Made by a program: the position numbers and the translations under genes. Positions 25,790 to 33,650 of a DNA stretch of 54,851 nucleotides are shown piece after piece. The first letter of the stretch is position 1; each line of letters begins with the position of its first letter. The notes under the pieces are model-generated. The model was not told where the DNA came from. It did no database searches and saw only the letters and a list, made by a program, of their open reading frames with translations. The stretch is from Pseudobdellovibrionaceae bacterium (lineage in GTDB: Bacteria > Bdellovibrionota > FAC87 > UBA2466), in assembly GCA_023250715.1 (NCBI GenBank), contig JAHFAF010000008.1, forward strand, positions 1,234 to 56,084, written 5' to 3'.

Positions 25790-26347
25790 GTGGGTCCAAC
25801 GACCACAAAACTGGTCCAACGAGTGCGGGAAGGGGACAAGCAAGCTGTGGCGGATTTAATGGCGGCCCTGTACGACCAACTCCGCTCCGTAGCTCGTAGG
25901 CAGATGTCCGTCCGACCGCCCGGAGGTACCCTCACGCCCACGGGCCTGGTGAACGAGGCGTTCCTAAAACTTCAGGAAGCAGGAACTCTGGCTCCCAACG
26001 ATCGCGATCATTTTTTTGCCATCGCGGCGCAGTCCATGCGCTGGATATTGAACGAACGGATGGACGCCAAGCGATCCGCGAAACGAGGCGGCCGTTTTCG
26101 AATTACTGTGGTCACCGATATTCGAAGTTTGACTTCCGAAAATACGGCCCAGGAGATTGAACGGCTGACCCGAGCGCTCGCCCATTTAGAAAAACAAGAC
26201 AAGAGAGTCGCCAGGGTGGTGGAGCTGCGTTTTCTAGGTGGTTACTCGAACGAAGAGGTGGCGACCGTCCTAAGTATTTCCCTTGCGACCGTTAAAAGAG
26301 ATTGGACCTTCGCAAAAACCTGGCTCCTTAAGGAACTTGCCAAGTAA
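25790..26347 (+). CDS. ECF-type RNA polymerase sigma factor (TIGR02999 / Sigma70_ECF-like, kinase-associated type)
   Basis: GTG start after GGAGGGGG. LVQRVREGDKQAVADLMAALYDQLRSVARRQM...TGLVNEAFLKL...DRDHFFAIAAQSMRWIL and a C-terminal region-4 HTH (YSNEEVATVLSISLATVKRDW). Confidence 0.9.
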   Translation: MGPTTTKLVQRVREGDKQAVADLMAALYDQLRSVARRQMSVRPPGGTLTPTGLVNEAFLKLQEAGTLAPNDRDHFFAIAAQSMRWILNERMDAKRSAKRGGRFRITVVTDIRSLTSENTAQEIERLTRALAHLEKQDKRVARVVELRFLGGYSNEEVATVLSISLATVKRDWTFAKTWLLKELAK

Positions 26348-27952
26348 ATGTCGTTCTCCAACCCAAAAACTATCGCGGCCGCCGATTGGGATCTGATGCG
26401 TAGCCTTTTCGAGCAGTGCCTAGAGCTGCCGAATCCTTCTCGCGAGCCCTTCTTGAAAAAGCGCCTCCCTGATCGTGAGGACTTGGTAAAAGACGTCTTG
26501 GCGTTGCTGGACGCAGAACAACACGCAAAAGAAGTGGGTTCCACGTTCTTCTCGACGTCACCTTCTGCCCCCGCCGTTAACCTAGCTCCCGGAACTCGAA
26601 TCGGCCAATACGAGGTGCTGGAAAAAATTGGGGAAGGCGGAATGGCGGTCGTTTACCGGGGCCGAAGAAGAGGCGCTAACGGTTTCACCAAGGATGTGGC
26701 GCTCAAACAAATTCTTCCCGCGCGAGCGCTTTCCTCCAAAGTTTCACGCATGTTCGAGGAGGAGGCTAAGCTCTGCAGCGCGATAAATCACCCAAACATC
26801 GTTCAGATTCACGACTTCGTTCAAAGTGATAACAGCTTCTTCATCGTCATGGAGTTTCTAAACGGGCACAGTGTAAACAAGATTTTCGAAATGGCGCGTG
26901 AAAGGCGGATTGCGATCCCTCCGCAGTTTTCTTTGTTCGTAATCAAGGAGGCATGCAGCGGTTTACGCTACGCCCATATTCTAAAGGATCCCGAGACCGG
27001 GCAACCATTAAGGATCATTCATCGAGATATTTCTCCGATGAATATTATGGTCACCAGCGAAGGCCGCGCCAAGCTCATCGATTTCGGAATCACAAAGTTT
27101 CGAGAAGAAGCATCTATCACGCATACGGGCGATATTGTCGGAAACGTGCCTTACATGTCTCCCGAGCAGGCGTCGGGAGAACCTCTCGGGCAAAGAAGCG
27201 ATCTTTACTCCTTGGGAGTCGTGCTCTACGAGCTACTGGCGGGTCAGCGGCTCTATCGAAGAGGGAACCTATTCGAAATACTGCGCAGTGTTTCCAGGGG
27301 AGACCTACCCCTTCGGGCATTAGAGAGTTTAGAAACGTACGAGGAAATCACAGAGATTTTGCGTCGGTGCCTTACGAAGAACCCCGGTGGGCGCTATGCA
27401 TCGGCAGCGGAGCTGTACCTCGATCTTTCCCACTGCATTGATACCTACTGGCCCGAAACTTCCGAAGCGCAGATTGCATTCTGGATGAGGCGTCTGTTTG
27501 ATCTAAATAGCGGGCGATTTGCTCTCCCTGCGGCGCGACCCCAAAAGAAAATGGAGAAAGCTCGCAATTTGAAGTCACTGGTAGGAGGAGCAATCTTTAT
27601 TGTCCTGCTTGTAGCTATTATCGCGCGCTTTCCGCGTCTGAATTCGAAAGCGGTTATTCCTCCTCCTACTCCAAGCTTCGTGACTCCTCCCAATATTCAT
27701 CAAGGTGCCTCACTTCCGCAGGGCAAACAATGTATTGCCCACGTGGAGTCGAATCCCTCGGGGGCTATTGTGAGCTTACAGGGAAATCGTATCGGCAAGA
27801 CGCCTCTCGCTATAACGCTTGAGTGCAAACGGGTTTTTCACGTTCGCTTGGACTTACCCGGCTACTCCTCCTTCGACGAAGAGATCTCCGTCGTAGGTGC
27901 CGCGAGTCGGCTTAGCCATCGTTTCCTGGATAAATCCGGAGGGCAGCGATGA
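26348..27952 (+). CDS. Ser/Thr protein kinase with one TM segment and a C-terminal PEGA domain
   Basis: The ATG directly follows the sigma gene's TAA. Kinase motifs GEGGMAVVY, VALK, HRDISPMN, DFG, SPE. TM segment LVGGAIFIVLLVAIIARF. PEGA-like IAHVESNPSGAIVSLQGNRIGKTPLAITL. Confidence 0.9.
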   Translation: MSFSNPKTIAAADWDLMRSLFEQCLELPNPSREPFLKKRLPDREDLVKDVLALLDAEQHAKEVGSTFFSTSPSAPAVNLAPGTRIGQYEVLEKIGEGGMAVVYRGRRRGANGFTKDVALKQILPARALSSKVSRMFEEEAKLCSAINHPNIVQIHDFVQSDNSFFIVMEFLNGHSVNKIFEMARERRIAIPPQFSLFVIKEACSGLRYAHILKDPETGQPLRIIHRDISPMNIMVTSEGRAKLIDFGITKFREEASITHTGDIVGNVPYMSPEQASGEPLGQRSDLYSLGVVLYELLAGQRLYRRGNLFEILRSVSRGDLPLRALESLETYEEITEILRRCLTKNPGGRYASAAELYLDLSHCIDTYWPETSEAQIAFWMRRLFDLNSGRFALPAARPQKKMEKARNLKSLVGGAIFIVLLVAIIARFPRLNSKAVIPPPTPSFVTPPNIHQGASLPQGKQCIAHVESNPSGAIVSLQGNRIGKTPLAITLECKRVFHVRLDLPGYSSFDEEISVVGAASRLSHRFLDKSGGQR

Positions 27953-29169
27953 AATTCCTGCTCTTCATTCTTCTGGTGACCTGCAAGCTTAGTCGTGCCG
28001 CTTCCGCGGAAGAAATGGTGTCGGATGTTGTTTCCGTTGAAGACGGTTCCTCGATGGTTATCTCGCAACCAAAAGGGCAACCTTTTAAGGTCGGTGACCA
28101 GGTCTGTGTTTCGAGGACCGTGGACGGTAATTCCTGTGGCAAAATTACTGCTATCACCGATGATAATGCAACGATACAATTCACTACCGAAGTTGTCGGG
28201 ATTACAATTGTCGAAAACAAATCTGTTGGCGCGGTTTCGGGTTATTCTACGCCGGGAGAGAAAATAAAAGTATCGACACAGAGACAATCAAAAATTCCAG
28301 CGCCCGCACCCGAAAGACCAAGAATAAAAAAAATGGGAGTCAAAAAAACTGCAGAGGCTCCTTCCCCGTCACCTACTCTAGTACCTATGCCCGCGACAAC
28401 ACCCTCCGTGATTTCGACTTCAAGTCCCAGGCTGAGTCCAACAGCTAGTCCGACTCCGACCCCTAGTCCAAATGCAGCTATTGCTTCAGTTACTCCAGGG
28501 GAAAGCGCAAATCCTTCCCCTGTCTATCGTGGGCCCCAACCGCAACCGCGATTGGAAAAGCAAGAGGGTACGCGGACGATTCAATTTTCCTTCCATGTTG
28601 GGTTGGGACAAGATCTCTATGAGGAAACGAATCACCCCGATTATTTCGCGAGCCAATTGCATGTGGACGTTGCTGCACGACGCTCACTCATCGGCAATTT
28701 GACGTTTCAGTTTTCAGCGGCGTTTTCCGCGCTCGCCATTTCAAAATCGACCGAAGAAACAGCACGGTTCATTGTTGCCCACCCCGAAGTCGCTTACTCA
28801 CTTTCGGAACGGTCATCTGATCAACGGCTTGAGCTTGGTTTAGGTTTGCGCTATCGGACTATGTTTGTAGATGCCGATACATTTGGCCTAAGAAACGTCA
28901 CGGGTTTGTCCGTCTCGGTCTCTGGAGAAACAAAGGTTTCGTCGAAGGTCACTCTGCGAGCGATGCTTTTCGGCGCACCGACTCTTGAAACGTCACCTTT
29001 TTCGTTTGCAAACCGCGAACTCGGGGCGACCTTGGAGTGGCATTACAAATCTACAGAAGAGTCGTCTGCGTTGAGTGTGATCGCCGGGTTTTTCCATCTC
29101 GCTCACCAGCGAGGAGGAGTAAGATCCTCTACTCGTCAAATCCAGTTGGGGGTCGGTCTTGCTTGGTGA
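27949..29169 (+). CDS. secreted protein: small N-terminal beta domain, P/S/T-rich linker, C-terminal outer-membrane beta-barrel-like domain
   Basis: ATGA overlap with the kinase stop. Signal peptide MKFLLFILLVTCKLSRAASA. Low-complexity linker at about 28285-28550. Alternating-hydrophobic strands end in the aromatic terminus ...QLGVGLAW. Confidence 0.75.
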   Translation: MKFLLFILLVTCKLSRAASAEEMVSDVVSVEDGSSMVISQPKGQPFKVGDQVCVSRTVDGNSCGKITAITDDNATIQFTTEVVGITIVENKSVGAVSGYSTPGEKIKVSTQRQSKIPAPAPERPRIKKMGVKKTAEAPSPSPTLVPMPATTPSVISTSSPRLSPTASPTPTPSPNAAIASVTPGESANPSPVYRGPQPQPRLEKQEGTRTIQFSFHVGLGQDLYEETNHPDYFASQLHVDVAARRSLIGNLTFQFSAAFSALAISKSTEETARFIVAHPEVAYSLSERSSDQRLELGLGLRYRTMFVDADTFGLRNVTGLSVSVSGETKVSSKVTLRAMLFGAPTLETSPFSFANRELGATLEWHYKSTEESSALSVIAGFFHLAHQRGGVRSSTRQIQLGVGLAW

Positions 29170-31168
29170 ACGGACATTTTGCGTGATTTTTCTGACGATC
29201 TGCCTGTGCGGCTGCTCACGGTACAACAATCCATGCACCGAGGCACCCGGAGGCCTTCTGAGCTTGTGGGGTGGTGATTCCATTTCTTCGACTCAACTGG
29301 ATGACGATATAGGGAATGATCCTGCGGTGCTTACGGCGACTCCTGAAATGGTGCAGGGACAAGTTGGCATGGCTATTTCCTTAAACGGCCTCGTAAGTGC
29401 TAGTGTTTCCGATACTGGAACTTTTCAATTCACGGATCAAATTACCGTCGCAGGTTGGGTAAAGAGCAATGTCTCGCACCGCTTTACCTCAAAGCAAACG
29501 ATTCTCGCCAAGTGGGCGCCCAAGACTTCCTTCAGCACTTTTGGTGCTTATGACGCAAGTGGAACCGAAGGACAGGACAATCGAGGGTTCATCGGAGTCG
29601 GATTCGATGGAAGGTATGCCTACTTTATTCCTTCAGTGCAGTCTCCGGATGAAGAACGTTTTTTACGCTACGACACTCAAAAACCGTTCACCGATGCTTC
29701 AAGCTGGCAATCTTACGACTCCGGAACAGTCGGGGGACTAACGACTGGCGGGTACACCGGTTCGGTATTTGACGGACGCTACCTTTACTTCGTGCCGTTT
29801 CGGAAAGGCGCTGCCACTTATCACGGCCGTGTGCTTCGTCTAGATACCACTGCGGATTTTAAAGAGAGCAGCGCCTGGGCAAACTACGACGCGGGTGCGA
29901 CGGACGGCCTGACCACAAAGGGCTTTTATGGGGGGATTTATGACGGAAGGTACGTTTACTTCATCCCTAACGACGACGGAACAGTGGCGCGCACGGGACG
30001 TTTTTTACGCTACGACACTCAAGGCGACTTCTCCATGGAATCTAGCTGGGATGCCTATGATGCAGGATCCACCGATGGCCTCGCCACCAAGGGATATGCC
30101 GGAGGAGCATTCGATGGTAGATACCTGTATTTTGCGCCGTTCTATTCAAGCAGCGCATTCCACGGACGTATTTTGCGTTACGACACCCAAGGCTCCTTTA
30201 CCTCGAATGGCGCATGGTCGGCTTACGACGCAAGCTCGACGGATTCTCTTTTGGCGGTCGGTTATTCCGCGGCCACCTTCGACGGGCGATATGTGTATTT
30301 TGTTCCATCAACGATGGCGACCGACGTGCACGGTGTGGTTTTGCGCTTTGATACTCACGGCGACTTCGCTTCCTCGCAAAGCTGGGCCGCCTACGATGCG
30401 GGCGCTACCGATTCGCTTGAGACGAGAGGATACTCCGGTGGGCTTTTTGACGGACGATATGTTAATTTCATCCCCCGAGTGAACTTTGGAAATTTTGGGC
30501 ACGGCAGATTTCTGCGCTACGATACCACTCAAGACTTCAAGGTCAGCACGAGCTGGAAAGGAACGGATGCCTCTACCACGGATGGGTTGAGTACCATCGG
30601 CATGGTCGGTGGGGCTTCCGATGGACGCTACCTCTACTTCGCACCCAGACACGAGACACTATTGGCTCACCACGGGCGTGTCTTGCGGTACGACACCCTC
30701 GGATCCGACGCGACCTTCGCTCTGGAATACACTGGCATTGAGAGCGAAAGTGGGTTTTCGAGTGCGGCTCCAGGAGCGCAGTTTCGAGTGAATACTTCAA
30801 ATGGTCTTCTCTCCGCGACCCATCACCGATCACTTTCCGAAGGCTGGCATTTTCTTGTTGGTACCTATGACGGAACGATCGTAAGACTTTACGTCGATGG
30901 CGAGCTTGTCGCAACGAGAGAGGGAACGGGATTACTTGTAAATAACTCCGTTCCAATTACCATCGGAAATATTAAAGACGGTGCCTCCATTCTCAATGGA
31001 GCTCTCGACGAAATAATGATCTTCAATCAAGTGGTTTCCGCCAAGGATGTCTCGCGGATCCACCAGGCTGGACCCTTAGGGGTATGCAAGGAAAAAAGAA
31101 TTGAGGCTTTTCCCATGCTCACCATCTTATTTGAATTGGGAAAGCGGATTTGGCTATATTTTTTCTAA
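29159..31168 (+). CDS. lipoprotein: LamG/ConA-like domain interrupted by a 7x 'FDGRY' repeat (propeller-like) region
   Basis: The TTG start at 29159 overlaps the upstream gene by 11 nt (alternative GTG at 29183). Lipobox LTICLCGCS. LamG halves: ...FTDQITVAGWVKSN... and ...WHFLVGTYDGTIVRLYVDGELVA...ITIGN...LNGALDEIMIFNQVVSAKDV. Confidence 0.8.
   Translation: MLGERTFCVIFLTICLCGCSRYNNPCTEAPGGLLSLWGGDSISSTQLDDDIGNDPAVLTATPEMVQGQVGMAISLNGLVSASVSDTGTFQFTDQITVAGWVKSNVSHRFTSKQTILAKWAPKTSFSTFGAYDASGTEGQDNRGFIGVGFDGRYAYFIPSVQSPDEERFLRYDTQKPFTDASSWQSYDSGTVGGLTTGGYTGSVFDGRYLYFVPFRKGAATYHGRVLRLDTTADFKESSAWANYDAGATDGLTTKGFYGGIYDGRYVYFIPNDDGTVARTGRFLRYDTQGDFSMESSWDAYDAGSTDGLATKGYAGGAFDGRYLYFAPFYSSSAFHGRILRYDTQGSFTSNGAWSAYDASSTDSLLAVGYSAATFDGRYVYFVPSTMATDVHGVVLRFDTHGDFASSQSWAAYDAGATDSLETRGYSGGLFDGRYVNFIPRVNFGNFGHGRFLRYDTTQDFKVSTSWKGTDASTTDGLSTIGMVGGASDGRYLYFAPRHETLLAHHGRVLRYDTLGSDATFALEYTGIESESGFSSAAPGAQFRVNTSNGLLSATHHRSLSEGWHFLVGTYDGTIVRLYVDGELVATREGTGLLVNNSVPITIGNIKDGASILNGALDEIMIFNQVVSAKDVSRIHQAGPLGVCKEKRIEAFPMLTILFELGKRIWLYFF
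29540..30697 (+). repeat. seven tandem ~56-aa repeats (F/Y)DGRY-x-YF-x-P ... HGR-x-LRYDT ... W-x-x-YDA-x-x-TDGL
   Basis: DGRY occurs at residues 150, 205, 262, 319, 375, 431 and 488 of the 29159-31168 product, a spacing of 55-57 aa. Confidence 0.8.
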
Positions 31169-31493
31169 GTCGCCCCATCATTTCTCCTACGATTTTCGCG
31201 ACATTTTCTCTTTGGGGGCCTCTACGGTGGTCGAATAGATTGCGGTGCGGGCTGGTTACTCGGATTGGTTGTACCACCACATGTTCGGGAGCAAATGGTG
31301 TCCCGCTTTTCTCCGTGAATTTCAAAGTCATCACCACGGATTTCAGCGTGATACCGGTCATTCAAAACATCGGGCAGTTTTTCGGTGGGCAAAACTAAAC
31401 ATCCCTCACCATATAGTCGATAAACATTTTCCTTCCATGGACTGAGGTCGATCTGCCAAGGTTTTTCCGGATGGTCATTGATCCCCTATGGGA

Positions 31494-33296
31494 TTACCCG
31501 CCTGGTCTCCATCCTCGAAGAATTACTCCGGTGCCTTCGATCCGATCGTTAGGGTTCGCGGCCTGGGCGTCCTGTATCGTTCTGTACCATTTTCCCTCGA
31601 GCACATATCCATACGGGTTAACGCCGGGTTCCCTAGTTCGAGTATTTCGGGAGGGAGAATTTTGATAGGTTTGGGTGGCTCTTGGAGTGGAGTTAGCCGC
31701 GTAGGTAGACGTTGATTGGGAAGTGTTTCGTGAAGCGGACCTAATTGTGTCTACAATGAATTTGTCTTGGGAAGCCACTGCTTCATCCAATGCATTCATT
31801 CGCTTGTTAAATTTGGACGCCGTTGTATCATTTACAGTCGACAAACGTTCTATTTCTAGTGCAATTGCTTGTGCTTCCTTTTCAAATGCAATGAGCTTTT
31901 GTCCTTCTGTTTTTCGCAGGGTATTTATCCGCTGTCGGAAATTGGAGTCAGTGCCAGAAAGTTCGATTGAGTAGAGTGTTCGAAAGAGCAGGTCGAATTT
32001 CAAGGCAAGTTGTTTGGCTCTGATCGCGGATCGAGAAGTGTCGAATCCAACTGCAGAACTCGTGGGCGACTGGTCTTCGCCGGCCGCCAACATGGGAGCG
32101 GAGTTCTGCGACGGCCCCTGTAGCTCTGGGAAGAAATTCTTCGGGAAAAGTCGCACGTGCCGCAAAAGACCATTTTCGGAGGGATCCTTCACGAGAGTTT
32201 CCAATAACTCTGATGACACTTCCCTATTCGATTCTTCCTCCCCGGGAGCGAGAAAACGCCAGTTGTACACGCGAGCAACCTTGGATTCTAAGGGCCGAGA
32301 GGCGGGATTATTTTTGTAGTAGCCGATAAACCCTCCACACCCACCGTAAACGATATTGCTACCTTCAAATCCTTTCATGTCAGACGACTTCTCGTGTGTG
32401 TTTCTTATCCATCCCCAATCCCCCGGGATCCAATTGCGAGGATCGACCCCGTGAACCTTTTTCAGGTATTTATCTTCTACGTCATTTACGGGCTCATTCC
32501 CCATGAGCCGGCGCATGGCCGCTACTTTAATTGGTGTCTGACACTTGCGCATGAAGTGATCGATCGGGCCTTGAGCCTCGATAGCATCCACCGCTTTTGT
32601 GCAGCCCAATTTGTAATTATCGTCTCCGAGAAACATATCCAAAACCGCGTCCTCGGCTTTGGTGCCAGGCTTAACCGTCCAATCCAATACGCTTTCATTC
32701 CATAGCTTGGTATTCTTAACTACTTTGCGATATTCTGCGAACTCCCATTCGGCGGTTTTCCCCCATCTCACGGTATTTTGCCGTATCTCTATGTGTTCAT
32801 TTAGGGCTGCCACCGAGCAAAAGGCGTTTTCAAATTCCGAAGTTCTCCCATGTTGCATCATCGCTAGAAGGATTTCCTTCTTGGAAGGAATTCGAATTCG
32901 AACATTTCCACTCTCTCCCTTGTAGGTTTCACTTAACGATACGATGCCGTATTTTTCTCGTTCACAGAGATCTAGGGTGCCGGTGTCGTGTTTGGGCGTG
33001 TTCAGGGCGACATTTAGTCCGCCACTGAGCGAATCTAAGGAGTACCAGCTTTTGTCGATTCCATTTTCGGAGAAGTAGCTCGGTAATTCCCTTAAAAGAG
33101 CCTCTTTGGCGTCGGTGGGGCAATTCGAGAATAAGATTCCCCCGTCCGTTCCTGTTGCAACAGGAGAAGGAGTTTCGCTTCTTGACGCTGGAGGCGGTGA
33201 AGCCGCGTGATTTCGAGGGCGGCCAAGTGTCGGCGCACAAAGAAAACACAGAAAAAAACAAAAACCCGCGCGTGCTCCACCAAGAGCATTCAACAT
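31494..33296 (-). CDS. secreted hypothetical protein (600 aa) with coiled-coil-like C-terminal third
   Basis: Track ORF with hydrophobic N-terminus GFCFFLCFLCAPTLG. Conserved-looking core (KLGCTKAVD..., NWIPGDWGWIRNTHEKS..., GSNIVYGGCGGFIGYY) that I cannot assign to a family. Confidence 0.75.
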   Translation of the reverse strand: MLNALGGARAGFCFFLCFLCAPTLGRPRNHAASPPPASRSETPSPVATGTDGGILFSNCPTDAKEALLRELPSYFSENGIDKSWYSLDSLSGGLNVALNTPKHDTGTLDLCEREKYGIVSLSETYKGESGNVRIRIPSKKEILLAMMQHGRTSEFENAFCSVAALNEHIEIRQNTVRWGKTAEWEFAEYRKVVKNTKLWNESVLDWTVKPGTKAEDAVLDMFLGDDNYKLGCTKAVDAIEAQGPIDHFMRKCQTPIKVAAMRRLMGNEPVNDVEDKYLKKVHGVDPRNWIPGDWGWIRNTHEKSSDMKGFEGSNIVYGGCGGFIGYYKNNPASRPLESKVARVYNWRFLAPGEEESNREVSSELLETLVKDPSENGLLRHVRLFPKNFFPELQGPSQNSAPMLAAGEDQSPTSSAVGFDTSRSAIRAKQLALKFDLLFRTLYSIELSGTDSNFRQRINTLRKTEGQKLIAFEKEAQAIALEIERLSTVNDTTASKFNKRMNALDEAVASQDKFIVDTIRSASRNTSQSTSTYAANSTPRATQTYQNSPSRNTRTREPGVNPYGYVLEGKWYRTIQDAQAANPNDRIEGTGVILRGWRPGG

Positions 33297-33650
33297 AGGA
33301 CCTACAATTGGACGGGATGGTGAGCGCGGAAGAGAGCTCCATCCGGTTTACTCTCTCGTAGATTTTGATTAGCAAAGGAAGGGCCAGTTAGCCAGGCACC
33401 GCATACTGTTCGTGTGCTGTCGAATCTATATCAGGGGGAGATTTTATGTGAGTTTTATATACACAAAGGAATGCTGTTCCTATCTTTTCAGGCTAGGGAG
33501 AGTTTCGAGATGGCCTCCGTGAGAATCACTTCGTCTCGGATGAGCTGTCCAAATTCCCGAATGGCCGCGAGATTTCCTACGAGTAGAAATGGTTTCAGGT
33601 GAGATAGATACTGCTTCCGCGGACTCTCGGTATACAGCTAACCTAGAGCT

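Noticed and set aside
33414-33602. 62-aa ORF in the 354-bp gap upstream of 33651
   Set aside because: It has no SD and an implausible composition. The region is more likely promoter or leader DNA.
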